Below are positions 8,255 through 18,027 of a stretch of 40,675 nt of DNA, one piece after another; the first letter of the stretch is position 1, and each line of letters opens with the position of its first letter. Both the position numbers and the translations under genes were made by a program. Source of the DNA: Candidatus Woesearchaeota archaeon (GTDB lineage Archaea > Nanobdellota > Nanobdellia > Pacearchaeales > GW2011-AR1). Under the pieces are notes generated by a model. The model was not told the DNA's origin, made no database searches, and saw nothing but the letters and a program-made list of their open reading frames with translations. The DNA lies in contig CAYXTB010000003.1 in the NCBI GenBank assembly GCA_964468255.1, forward strand, positions 1 through 40,675, written 5' to 3'.

Positions 8255-9405
8255 AATATGACTTTATTGTTTTTGGAGGCACGGGGCAGCAGGGAAGATT
8301 GTGTGTCAGGGATTTACTAGAATCAGGATATAATGTATTAATAGCTGGCAGAGACTCCTCTGGAATTAAAGATTTATTCAATAAATGGAAGAAAAAATCT
8401 GGCTTTTTAGGAGTTGATTTAAGAAACCAAATAGAAATAGAAAGGGCCATTAGAAAATCGGGGGCAAAAGTTGTTGTTAATTGCGCAGAATTAGTTTATA
8501 ATGTGCCCATTATGAAAGCTTGCTTGAAGACAAGAAAATCTCTGACAGATTTAGGAGGATTACAGAAAATAACGAAAGAGCAGTTTAAATTACACAAGAA
8601 TTTTGAAAAAGCTGGAATTTTAAACATTACAGGATGCGGCTCAACCCCTGGAATAAGCAATGTTATGGTAGCCTATGCAATTGAAAAATTTGACTCTGTT
8701 GATACGATTGATTTGGGGTTTGCCTGGAATTCAAACATAAAGAAATTTGTAATTCCTTATTCAATCCAAAGCATTTTTAATGAATTTACAGAAGCTCCTG
8801 TAACTTTTCATGACGGCAGATTTGTAAAAGAAAACAGGATGTTCTGCCGCGGAACTCGTAAGTTTAAAGAAGTTGGCAAGCAAACAATTTATTGCATAGT
8901 TCATTCTGAAGTTTTTACTTTCGCGAAATATTTTAAAAATAAAGGTTTAAAAAATATTCATTATATGGCTGGATTTCCAGAGCATTCATATAAAGTAATA
9001 GAAACTCTAATTGATTTAGGATTTAATTCCCAGAATTTGATTGGAATTAATGGAATTAAGATAAGCCCTCTTGATTTTACAATAAAAGTTTTGAAGAAAA
9101 TAAAAATTCCTAAAAATTACAGAGAAATAGAGGATTTGTGGGTGAAAATTGAAGGCAATAAAAAAGGAAAGAAAGAAAGAAAAGAGATGAATTGTATTAC
9201 TAGAACAATAAAGGGGTGGGAAAGTGCAGGAAGCAATATTAACACAGGAAGAACAATTTCTATTATAAGTCAGATGCTTTTCAGAGGAGAAATAGAAAAA
9301 ACAGGCGTCCATGCTCCAGAGGCTGTTGTTCCAACAAAAGCTTTTTTCAAAGAGCTCGCTAAAAGAAAAATGGTTGTTTATGAGGACGGGAAAAGGATAA
9401 ACTGA
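8251..9405 (+). CDS. Saccharopine dehydrogenase / lysine 6-dehydrogenase family oxidoreductase
   Basis: GGTGQQG Rossmann motif, VVVNC, TDLGG, GCGSTPGISN, HSE, GVHAPE. Confidence 0.85.
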   Translation: MKYDFIVFGGTGQQGRLCVRDLLESGYNVLIAGRDSSGIKDLFNKWKKKSGFLGVDLRNQIEIERAIRKSGAKVVVNCAELVYNVPIMKACLKTRKSLTDLGGLQKITKEQFKLHKNFEKAGILNITGCGSTPGISNVMVAYAIEKFDSVDTIDLGFAWNSNIKKFVIPYSIQSIFNEFTEAPVTFHDGRFVKENRMFCRGTRKFKEVGKQTIYCIVHSEVFTFAKYFKNKGLKNIHYMAGFPEHSYKVIETLIDLGFNSQNLIGINGIKISPLDFTIKVLKKIKIPKNYREIEDLWVKIEGNKKGKKERKEMNCITRTIKGWESAGSNINTGRTISIISQMLFRGEIEKTGVHAPEAVVPTKAFFKELAKRKMVVYEDGKRIN

Positions 9406-9449
9406 ATTGTTTAATTGTTAAAACTTAGTTAAACAATATCAAATTAAAA

Positions 9450-9473
9450 TTTAATAAGAATATTCTTATTAAA
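9450..9473. repeat. 24-bp perfect palindrome
   Basis: tttaataagaat|attcttattaaa. Confidence 0.8.
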
Positions 9474-9627
9474 GAAAAGTAACAAAATATTTGACAATAT
9501 AGCTAAATGAGGAGAAAATAAAATGGCATCAATATCTTGGATGTGCTTTGGCAATTTTGCCGTGCATTATTCTTGCTGTTTTTAGTTAGGACAAACAATT
9601 TAAATAACTTGTATTTTAGATAAGAGC

Positions 9628-10626
9628 ATGAAAAAGGGAAAAGAAGAAAGGGAAAAGAAGGATAAAGTAAAAGATGAGAATCATTATGATTTCCTGATTT
9701 TGGGAGCAGGAGTTACAGGTCTTGCAGCTGCAATGTATGGAGCAAGGCTTGGATTGAAAACGCTGTGTTTGGGAACAATGCATGGCTCTGAATTGCCATT
9801 AGGAGGTGTAATTACAACAACTAATATCGTTGAAAATTATCCTGGATTTATTAGGCTTTCAGGCCCTGAATTGGCTGATGCGATCAGAAGGCATGCTGAA
9901 AGCTATGAACTTGTAACAATAAAGGAAGAGAAAGCTTTGGATGTTAAAAGGCAAGGAACTGGATTTTTAATTAAAACTGATAAAAATGATTATCATTCAA
10001 AAACAATATTATTTGCCACAGGAACAAAATGGAAGACTTTGGATGTGAAAGGAAGCAGGGAATTTGAGAATAAAGGCGTTGCTTACTGCGCACTCTGCGA
10101 CGCTCCACTTTTTAGAAATAAAATAGTTGCAGTTGTCGGAGGCTCTGACAGCGCTTCTAAAGATGCTTTAGTTTTAGCAGAACATGCGAAGAAAGTTTAT
10201 ATAATTTATAGAGGAGAACAGATAAGGCCAGAGCCAATTAATATGAAAAGAGTTTTGGCAAATAAAAAAATTGAGATAATTAAAAGGGCAAATGTCCTTG
10301 AAGTTAAAGGAAATCAATTTGTAAAGTCAGTTATTCTTGATAGAGAGTATAATGGAAGCAAAGAATTAGAATTAGAAGGAGTTTTTGTCGCTATAGGGCA
10401 TATTATTTTATCAAATTTGGCAAAGCCTTTAGGAATAGAATTAAATGAAAAAGGAGAAATAATTATTGAACATAAGACATCTGAAACTAACATTCCTGGA
10501 GCTTTTGCAGCAGGAGATGTTGCTGACAAGCCATTTAAGCAGGCAATCACAGGAGTTGCAGAGGGATGCACTGCTGCTTATTCTGCATTTGAATATATAA
10601 CAAAAGGCAAAGTTGAGGCTTCTTGA
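9628..10626 (+). CDS. trxB: Thioredoxin reductase
   Basis: GAGVTG, ENYPGF, YCALCD, GGSDSA, FAAGDV motifs. Confidence 0.93.
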   Translation: MKKGKEEREKKDKVKDENHYDFLILGAGVTGLAAAMYGARLGLKTLCLGTMHGSELPLGGVITTTNIVENYPGFIRLSGPELADAIRRHAESYELVTIKEEKALDVKRQGTGFLIKTDKNDYHSKTILFATGTKWKTLDVKGSREFENKGVAYCALCDAPLFRNKIVAVVGGSDSASKDALVLAEHAKKVYIIYRGEQIRPEPINMKRVLANKKIEIIKRANVLEVKGNQFVKSVILDREYNGSKELELEGVFVAIGHIILSNLAKPLGIELNEKGEIIIEHKTSETNIPGAFAAGDVADKPFKQAITGVAEGCTAAYSAFEYITKGKVEAS

Positions 10627-10703
10627 TATTATGAAAAATAGGCGCTATAAGCGCAAACATTGAATAGAAATAGGTTTTTAAATTGTGAAAGCTTAGCAGA
10701 AAC

Positions 10704-11213
10704 ATGAATAAAAAAAGAGGAAGGAGCAAAAAAGGATTGTCGCCTGTTGTTGCTACAGCGCTTCTTATTTTAATAGGTGTGGCTCTTGCTGCAATAATAT
10801 TTCTTTGGGCGAGGAGTTTTGTAGCTGAAAAACTGCAGAAAGATGTTGGAGGAGGGGCAGAAGCGATAGAGCTATTATGCGATGATTTAAGATTTGATGC
10901 TGAAGCTGTTCTTTCTGGAGGACAAGGAGAGCTTGATGTCAGTATTGTAAATAGAGGGAATATCCCTATTTATGGTGCTGAAGCGAGAAAGGAAAGCATA
11001 GGTGCATCAAAAATAGTGGGAATTGGAGTTTCTGAACTTGGAATAAAAAGTGGAGAAGATTATGTTTTAAAGATTATCCCGCAGATTAATGTGCAAAAAG
11101 GCGATAGTGTGACAATTGTTCCTGTCCTGCTTGGAACTCCTGGAGAAAATAGTGAAGACAGGAAATCTTATACTTGCGACCTGCAATACGGAATAGAAGC
11201 GCAGGTCCAATAA
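10704..11213 (+). CDS. Archaeal type IV pilin
   Basis: Class III signal KKG|LSPVVATALLI. Confidence 0.88.
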   Translation: MNKKRGRSKKGLSPVVATALLILIGVALAAIIFLWARSFVAEKLQKDVGGGAEAIELLCDDLRFDAEAVLSGGQGELDVSIVNRGNIPIYGAEARKESIGASKIVGIGVSELGIKSGEDYVLKIIPQINVQKGDSVTIVPVLLGTPGENSEDRKSYTCDLQYGIEAQVQ

Positions 11214-11221
11214 ATAATAAA

Positions 11222-11797
11222 ATGCATGGAAAAAAAGGGCTCTCAACTGTTGTAGCTACAGTCTTAATAATTCTTTTGACAATAGCAATAGCTGGGCTGC
11301 TCGCGAGGTTCCTTGTTCCGTATGTAAAAGGAAATTTAGAGCGCAGTACAGAGTGCATTAATTTTGACGATTATTTTCAATTTGAGGATAACTTAGAAAT
11401 TAATGGCCAGGAATATAATTATAATTGCTATCAAACACAGCCTGGAAATAGGTTTCTAATTGGAGCTTCAATAAAAACAGTCACATTAGAAGGAGATGCT
11501 TCTGATGCAGTAGGAGAAATAAATATAGTATTTGAAGATGAACAAGACGTAAAAACTCCTGTCAAAATCAAAGACGGCGACAATGCAAACAATAGCGATG
11601 GCAAAATATGGGTTTTAGGAAACAAAGCAGCTGCTCTTAGCATTCCAAAGCAAGGAGAAATAATTACATATGTCTATAATACAACAAGAAACATAACTAA
11701 TGCTGAAACTTATGCTGTATTAAAAACGGGAAGAATATGCGATTCTATGGAAAGAATTAAAATAAATGCATGCAAAGGAGGAATAGAGCTTGATTAA
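11222..11797 (+). CDS. Archaeal type IV pilin
   Basis: KKG|LSTVVATVLII; start reassigned to ATG 11222. Confidence 0.88.
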   Translation: MHGKKGLSTVVATVLIILLTIAIAGLLARFLVPYVKGNLERSTECINFDDYFQFEDNLEINGQEYNYNCYQTQPGNRFLIGASIKTVTLEGDASDAVGEINIVFEDEQDVKTPVKIKDGDNANNSDGKIWVLGNKAAALSIPKQGEIITYVYNTTRNITNAETYAVLKTGRICDSMERIKINACKGGIELD

Positions 11798-12320
11798 TAA
11801 AATCAAAAATAAGGGGCAAGTATGGATAGAAACTGTATTATACACTTTGATAGGGCTTGCATTAATAGGTCTTGTACTTGCATTTGCAACTCCGAAAATA
11901 AATGAGAGTAGAGATTCAATAATTATTGAGCAAAGCATTGAATCTTTAAAAGTTTTTGATGATAAAGTGAATTTTGTAATTGCAAGGGGGGCTGGAAATG
12001 TTGGAGTAATAGATGATTTTATCCTTCAAAGAGGGCAAGTTGTTATAAATGCCCTAAATAACAGCATAACTTTTGTAATAAAAGACTTGAGCAAGCCGTA
12101 TACAGAGCCAGGAATTCCCGTGAAATATGGAAGAATAACAATTATATCAGAAGAAGGGGCAAAAACAAGTTCTGTGAATCTTAGCGTTTCATATAATGCC
12201 AATATTACCTATGAAAAGAAAGAAGATACTAAAATACTTAAATCTGCTGCAACTCCATACAGATTTTCCATAGAAAATATAAATAACATCTATATCAATA
12301 TAGAAGATATATCCAGATAG
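11790..12320 (+). CDS. Pilin-like protein
   Basis: KG|QVWIETVLYTLIG class III signal; TTG start. Confidence 0.8.
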   Translation: MINKIKNKGQVWIETVLYTLIGLALIGLVLAFATPKINESRDSIIIEQSIESLKVFDDKVNFVIARGAGNVGVIDDFILQRGQVVINALNNSITFVIKDLSKPYTEPGIPVKYGRITIISEEGAKTSSVNLSVSYNANITYEKKEDTKILKSAATPYRFSIENINNIYINIEDISR

Positions 12321-12350
12321 TTTTATAAGGATATTGTTCCTTTTTACCCT

Positions 12351-13877
12351 ATGTCAATAGTAATCAACACTAATCCGACTATCCCTGCCCTGCAAAGGGT
12401 TGGAGACAAAAAAAAGATAAATATCAGATATATGCTGATTCCTCCTTATACTTCTGCACATATATATTGGGATGACAAAATTAATGAACTGGTTTATGAA
12501 ATTGAAGAGCCTATTTTACAGGAGCATGAAAAGGAAGCGTTGGAAAAGCTGGAAGATGCCATGCTTGAATTAATAAATATTAACGTTGCTGTTGAAAATA
12601 CACTTGAAGCAACAACAGATTATATTGACAAAACATCTAGGCTTTTAATAGATGAATTAAATCTTAATATCGGTCAGGAAACTTATCATAAAATTTTCTA
12701 TTATTTATTCAGGGATTTTATAGGATTAAATGAAATAGATCCGTTATTAAGAGATTATTTTATTGAAGATATAGAATGCAATGGAGTTGACACACCTGTT
12801 TATGTGGTCCATAGAATTTATAGAAATTTAAGAACTAACTTAATTTATAAGGATGTAGACAAACTTGCCAGCTTCGTTGAAAAATTAGCCCAGAGATGCG
12901 GGAGATATGTGTCTTATGCTCAGCCTATCCTTGATGGAAGTTTGCCGGATGGGTCAAGAATAAATGCCACATACACAAAAGACGTCACATCCAGAGGGCC
13001 GTCCATAACTATTAGAAAGTTCACGAAAGTTCCATGGACGCCAATTCAATTAATTGCATTAAACACTTTAAGCCCGGAAATGCTTGCTTACTTTTGGATT
13101 TTGATTCAATATAAGTCAAATATTATGATATCCGGAGGAACTGCATCAGGAAAAACAACTTTATTAAATGCCCTGGCTTTCTTCATACCTCCGGAAGCGA
13201 GAGTCGTTTCTCTGGAAGACACTAGGGAGATAAACCTCCCAAGAGAAAACTGGCTGCCTGCTGTTGCCAGAACATCCATTGGAGTTGGAAAAGGAGGGGA
13301 AGTTGACTTTTTTGCAATTTTAAAAAATGCTTTCAGGCAGACTCCTGATTATTTAATTGTCGGGGAAGTCAGGGGAAAAGAAGCGTTTGTCCTTTTCCAA
13401 GGAATGGCCTCTGGACATGCTTGTATCAGCACTATGCATTCTGATTCTATTGATACGTTAATAAGAAGACTACAGACGCCGCCTATTAATTTATCACCGA
13501 CTCTCGTCAATTCTTTGGATTGCGTAGCCATAGCAACTCATGCAATTGTAGACAAACATGAAACAAGAAGATTAAGGGAGGTTGTTGAGGTAATAAATGT
13601 AAATAGGGACGGAACTGCCCTTATCAATACTCCTCTTGTTTGGGATCCTGAAAAGGATGTTTTCTTCTTCAAAAAACAAAGCAAGGTATTTGAAAAAATA
13701 TCCGCAAGGCATGGTTTATCGTTAGAAAAGCTGCAAAAGGAATTCTTAACGAGAACAAAGCTTATTTATGAGCTTTACAAGCAAAAAGTGTTTGGATTTG
13801 AAGAAGTGCAAAGAGTAGTCAACGATTATTATAAAAATCCTGTTGAGGTATTGACAAAATATAATATAATAGAATAA
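12351..13877 (+). CDS. Type IV pilus assembly ATPase (TadA/ArlI-like)
   Basis: Walker A GGTASGKT, LEDTRE, Walker B IVGEVRG, His box GH...TMH. Confidence 0.95.
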   Translation: MSIVINTNPTIPALQRVGDKKKINIRYMLIPPYTSAHIYWDDKINELVYEIEEPILQEHEKEALEKLEDAMLELININVAVENTLEATTDYIDKTSRLLIDELNLNIGQETYHKIFYYLFRDFIGLNEIDPLLRDYFIEDIECNGVDTPVYVVHRIYRNLRTNLIYKDVDKLASFVEKLAQRCGRYVSYAQPILDGSLPDGSRINATYTKDVTSRGPSITIRKFTKVPWTPIQLIALNTLSPEMLAYFWILIQYKSNIMISGGTASGKTTLLNALAFFIPPEARVVSLEDTREINLPRENWLPAVARTSIGVGKGGEVDFFAILKNAFRQTPDYLIVGEVRGKEAFVLFQGMASGHACISTMHSDSIDTLIRRLQTPPINLSPTLVNSLDCVAIATHAIVDKHETRRLREVVEVINVNRDGTALINTPLVWDPEKDVFFFKKQSKVFEKISARHGLSLEKLQKEFLTRTKLIYELYKQKVFGFEEVQRVVNDYYKNPVEVLTKYNIIE

Positions 13878-13943
13878 TTGGCTTTCTACTTTGGCGAAAT
13901 CTTAATTGTAAAGATATTTAAAAGACATTGATTTTTCACTGGC

Positions 13944-14105
13944 ATGGAAAAAGAGGATGTTACTCTTATAGCTCAGTTACTCACAAGTGTAAAAGATGCG
14001 TTGGAAAAGCTGGATGTTGCTTTAAAAAAGAAAGATGTTGAGAAGCTCAATGAAGCAAAGGAAGAAATAATAAATTTTCAAAAACAAATTGATAAGTTAT
14101 TATGA
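13944..14105 (+). CDS. 53-aa helical microprotein (not in the ORF track)
   Basis: MEKEDVTLIAQLL...QIDKLL; own TATA at about 13917; ATGA overlap with the next gene. Confidence 0.7.
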   Translation: MEKEDVTLIAQLLTSVKDALEKLDVALKKKDVEKLNEAKEEIINFQKQIDKLL

Positions 14106-15400
14106 TAGATGAATTAAAACAAAATATTAAAACTGAAATTGAAGTATTGAGAGAGATTTCTAATAATACGAGAATGATGGATTATGCCAGCGCTCCTGAG
14201 AGAAAGCTGCTTGAAGCATCCATAGAATCCTTAAGGGCAAGTTTAAAAATAATTAATAATTCTATCCCAAAATTATTGGAAGAGATAACCTTAGCCAAAA
14301 AGCTGCCCCAGGCTGCCAAAGCAACAAAGCTTGAAAAAATTGAATTTAAAACTACTGGGCCTGTCTTAAAAGTAACTCTAAAAACAGAAGACAGAGAATC
14401 GTTTCTAAAGCAGTTGAGCATCAATGAAAATTTGCTGAAAAAAATCAAGAGAAAGCATTTTGTCCAAGAGGAAAAGCCTGAAGAGATGAAGGGCGCAAGG
14501 GGTTATCTAAAAATGTCAAACAAGTTTTTCTTAAATACTGCATTAAAGATGATAGCCAAAGGAAATTTCAAGCCTTTGTCAATTGAAATTAGAAAGGCAA
14601 ATATTGGAATGTTGTTTTCCGGATATGTGGCCATGATGTTTTTTTCAACTTTTCTAGCGTTCATATTCGGAATAATCTTGACAATTTTCCTGTTCTTTTT
14701 TGATTTAACTTTGGTCTTTCCTTTCATAAAAATACAAGAGGCAATCTCATTTGCAGAAATCCTTAAAATATTTTGGATGCCATTTGCACTTCCTATTGTA
14801 ACTTTCCTTGTTCTTTATTATTATCCATCGCAGGAAAAAGATTCTTTGGCAAAGAAAATTGAGCAGGAGCTGCCTTTCGCTGTTATTCATATGAGTGCAA
14901 TTTCCGGTTCTGGAATTGAACCGACGGAGATATTTAAGATAATAGGATTGAACAAGGAATATCCATATCTAAGAAAAGAAATCAGAAAGCTGCTTAATCA
15001 AATTAATCTTTATGGCTATGATTTAGTAAATGCCTTAAATAATGTCGCAAGGATAACGCCGAGCCAAAAATTGGCAGAGCTTTTTGCAGGGCTTTCAACG
15101 ACAATAACTTCCGGAGGAAACCTGGGAGAATTTTTCTCAAAAAGGGCTGAAACACTCCTCATAAGCTATAGATTAGAAAGGGAAAAATACACGAAAATTG
15201 CCGAGACTTTTATGGACATTTATATAAGCATAGTAATTGCGGCCCCTATGATTTTGATGATTCTATTAGTTATGATTTCTATTTCAAACATACAAGTTGG
15301 GTATACGACCCAAGAATTGACGTTGATAATTATTGGAATAATAAGCTTAATTAATATCGTTTTCCTTGCATTCCTGCATTTCAAGCAACCTTCATACTAA
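14102..15400 (+). CDS. Pilus membrane platform protein (TadC/T2SS-F family)
   Basis: ELPFAVIHMSAISGSG, GYDLVNAL, SGGNL; several TMs. Confidence 0.9.
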   Translation: MIDELKQNIKTEIEVLREISNNTRMMDYASAPERKLLEASIESLRASLKIINNSIPKLLEEITLAKKLPQAAKATKLEKIEFKTTGPVLKVTLKTEDRESFLKQLSINENLLKKIKRKHFVQEEKPEEMKGARGYLKMSNKFFLNTALKMIAKGNFKPLSIEIRKANIGMLFSGYVAMMFFSTFLAFIFGIILTIFLFFFDLTLVFPFIKIQEAISFAEILKIFWMPFALPIVTFLVLYYYPSQEKDSLAKKIEQELPFAVIHMSAISGSGIEPTEIFKIIGLNKEYPYLRKEIRKLLNQINLYGYDLVNALNNVARITPSQKLAELFAGLSTTITSGGNLGEFFSKRAETLLISYRLEREKYTKIAETFMDIYISIVIAAPMILMILLVMISISNIQVGYTTQELTLIIIGIISLINIVFLAFLHFKQPSY

Positions 15401-15401
15401 A

Positions 15402-16262
15402 ATGAAACTCAAAAAAATACACTGGATTGGAATTATTTTAGGACTTTTAACACTGATAATTGACCTTATTTTCATCAGCGGAAAAGAAGATAGGAGTCTG
15501 TTTCTATTCCTGCTTGGAATAGGCGTTGGAGTCATTATCCTGCCTTTTATAATTGATTTGGTAGTTGAAAATAAAAGAGACCAAAAAATAAGTGAGATGT
15601 TCCTGGAATTTTCAAGAAACTTGGCTGAAAGCGTCAGCACAGGAACGCCGATAAGCAAGAGCATTATAAACATGAGAAACAAGAACTATGGCTCTTTAAG
15701 TCCGTATGTACAAAAGCTCGCAAATCAAATAGCAATAGGAATTCCTGTAAGCCAGGCAATGCAGAATTTTGTATATGAAGTTGATAATCCTGTGATAACA
15801 AGAGCTGTTACATTAATCAGAGAAGCTGAGAAAGCAGGAGGAGAAATTGATTATATTTTAGAATCTGCTGCGGAATCAATAGCGGAAGTTGAGAAATTGA
15901 AGAAGGAGAGAAAAGCCGCTATCTATAGCTTAGTTGTGCAGGGATATATTATCTTTTTTATATTTATAGGTATAATGCTTGTAATGCAATTTAAAATCCT
16001 TCCCTTGACAACTAGTGTCAGCTTTGCGCAGGGGCAGACTGCCTCTTTAGCAAATACTGCTAGTGTTCAAGAGCCAATAGACACAGAAAAATTAGCTTCT
16101 CCATTTTTGTACCTCCTGTTAACGCAAGGATTGTTTGCTGGATTGACAATAGGCAAACTAAGTGAGGGAAGCTTAAAAGCAGGCATAAAGCATTCCTTCA
16201 TATTAACTATAACTGCCTTTTTAGTTTCCACTGGAGTGAATGCTTTTATAGGCCCGGCCTAA
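15402..16262 (+). CDS. Second pilus platform protein (TadB/TadC family)
   Basis: FLEFSRNLAESVSTG, AGGEI, GIKHS; start reassigned to ATG 15402. Confidence 0.9.
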   Translation: MKLKKIHWIGIILGLLTLIIDLIFISGKEDRSLFLFLLGIGVGVIILPFIIDLVVENKRDQKISEMFLEFSRNLAESVSTGTPISKSIINMRNKNYGSLSPYVQKLANQIAIGIPVSQAMQNFVYEVDNPVITRAVTLIREAEKAGGEIDYILESAAESIAEVEKLKKERKAAIYSLVVQGYIIFFIFIGIMLVMQFKILPLTTSVSFAQGQTASLANTASVQEPIDTEKLASPFLYLLLTQGLFAGLTIGKLSEGSLKAGIKHSFILTITAFLVSTGVNAFIGPA

Positions 16263-16356
16263 ATTTATGTTTTTCTTGCTATCTTATAAAATGATATCTA
16301 TTTATTATCTATTAAATCTATAATTATTATCATAACTCCATACTTCTCTGCCTGCA

Positions 16357-17166
16357 TTAAATCTTTTTGTCTCCTAAAATGGGCTCTTTAGAAGCCAAGT
16401 AAAAAATCTCATTTTTTATTTTAAAAAATCTAAAAGAAAAGCCAAGACGGGAAAGAAGCCTTTCAACCCATCCTCTTTGAGGATGATTCATTGGCTTTCC
16501 GGAAAGGGTTTTTGTTGAAAAACTAATTAGAAGATATTTGCAATTTAAATTTAATATGATTTTCTCGGCTAATTTGTGCTCTTTAGTTTCAATAATGTCA
16601 AAAATCTTAAAAAGCAAACATAAGTCAGTGGAAGGCAAATTATCTGCCTTAATTTTTCTTATATCATAAACAAAAGCAGAACCTTTTATATTTTCTTTTT
16701 TAAAAAATTCATTTACTATTGAAATATCTGATTCATTTATATCTAAAGCATGATATTCTGCATCCGGAAAAAAGCGTGAAAAAGCAAGGGGATTCAATCC
16801 AGAGCCAATATCAAGAATACTTTTTATCTTAAGATTTTTAATTTCATTGAAAATTTCAGAATAGTCCGAGAATCTTTCTTTTGTTGAAGAATGCGTCTTT
16901 AGTAATTCCTCTATGTTATTCTTTTTAAGAAAAAAATGCCCTTTTTTGGCATTTTTTTGAAAGCTTCCTGAAAATTTTCTTAGGCTTTTCCTAGTTTCTT
17001 TAATTATAAGTCTGAAATCTCCTAGCTTTAAGTTATGCAATCTATCAACAGAAAGGTTATTCTTTCTTAAGCAATTAAGAATTTCTTCTTTTACAAACTC
17101 TTTATTAAGAGAAGATAATTCTTTTTTCTGCATTACTTTCTCTATTAGGAATTCCAGACCTGCCAT
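16357..17166 (-). CDS. ArmA/Rmt/Sgm (FmrO)-like 16S rRNA m7G1405 methyltransferase homolog
   Basis: HSSTKER, ILDIGSGLNPLA, DLCLLFKI, ISFSTKTLSGK motifs. Confidence 0.8.
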   Translation of the reverse strand: MAGLEFLIEKVMQKKELSSLNKEFVKEEILNCLRKNNLSVDRLHNLKLGDFRLIIKETRKSLRKFSGSFQKNAKKGHFFLKKNNIEELLKTHSSTKERFSDYSEIFNEIKNLKIKSILDIGSGLNPLAFSRFFPDAEYHALDINESDISIVNEFFKKENIKGSAFVYDIRKIKADNLPSTDLCLLFKIFDIIETKEHKLAEKIILNLNCKYLLISFSTKTLSGKPMNHPQRGWVERLLSRLGFSFRFFKIKNEIFYLASKEPILGDKKI

Positions 17167-17181
17167 TATAAACAGGAAGGA

Positions 17182-17195
17182 TATTTATATAAATA
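17182..17195. promoter_or_regulatory. Palindromic bidirectional TATA box
   Basis: tatttatataaata lies about 27-31 nt from both divergent start codons. Confidence 0.6.
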
Positions 17196-17214
17196 CCTTT
17201 CATTATCTTCATTT

Positions 17215-18027
17215 ATGGAAAAAAGAGGAGTAGGCCATATAGAAGCAGTGCTTTCTTTTGTCATTTTTATCGCTGCTTTGAGCATTACGTTTTATCTCTT
17301 TGGCCCAGGAGAAACAAGCAGAATTACAGAATCTTCTTTAGATGCTGCAAAAGAGGCTGTTATTTCTAATATCAGCGTTGGCATTCTTAATTTGATGGTC
17401 AATGTGAATGACAGCAAAGGCAATTTTAAAGATGACCAAGAAGGCGGAGGATCTAAACTAACAATTGATATAGGAGTGAATGTATCTGAAAATGCTAAAG
17501 TTATTGCAAGAAATCTTGCAGATGAGCCAAAAGAAGCGAATATTAAAGATAATCCAAATAGATATATTATATGCATAAAAGTTCATCCTGGCAATATCGG
17601 GCAGGGGCAGGGGCAAGGACAAAATAAGAAGGTAGTTGATGATTTTCTTTTTCTTCACGCTGGAGAAGATATTATTCCTTATATAAATAAAGGCGGAGGG
17701 TCGGATTTCGGCTGCAATCCAAATGATCAGCCAAATGAAACATTATATCAAATAGGTCCAAGATTTGTAAAAAACTATATTTCTGAAAACAGGACTATAA
17801 AGCTTAATAGCACATATTATTCCAATTATGATAATGCGAAAAAGCAACTTGGTATTCCAAAAGGAATTGATTTTTCCTTTAGCTTAAAATATGCAGAAAA
17901 CGACTTGCTTAAAGCAGAAAGATTTATTCCAGAAGGAACTGATGTCATTGTAAGCACAACAAGAGAGGAGGTTATGAGAACGGATGGCAGATTTACATTT
18001 GCTGACTTCATTGTTAAAATATGGTAG
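17215..18027 (+). CDS. Minor pilin-like protein
   Basis: KRG|VGHIEAVLSFVIF; GQGQGQGQ loop. Confidence 0.7.
   Translation: MEKRGVGHIEAVLSFVIFIAALSITFYLFGPGETSRITESSLDAAKEAVISNISVGILNLMVNVNDSKGNFKDDQEGGGSKLTIDIGVNVSENAKVIARNLADEPKEANIKDNPNRYIICIKVHPGNIGQGQGQGQNKKVVDDFLFLHAGEDIIPYINKGGGSDFGCNPNDQPNETLYQIGPRFVKNYISENRTIKLNSTYYSNYDNAKKQLGIPKGIDFSFSLKYAENDLLKAERFIPEGTDVIVSTTREEVMRTDGRFTFADFIVKIW

Noticed and set aside
10704-16262. Archaellum operon
   Set aside because: No ArlH, ArlF/G or ArlCDE-like genes; two platform proteins fit a type IV pilus.
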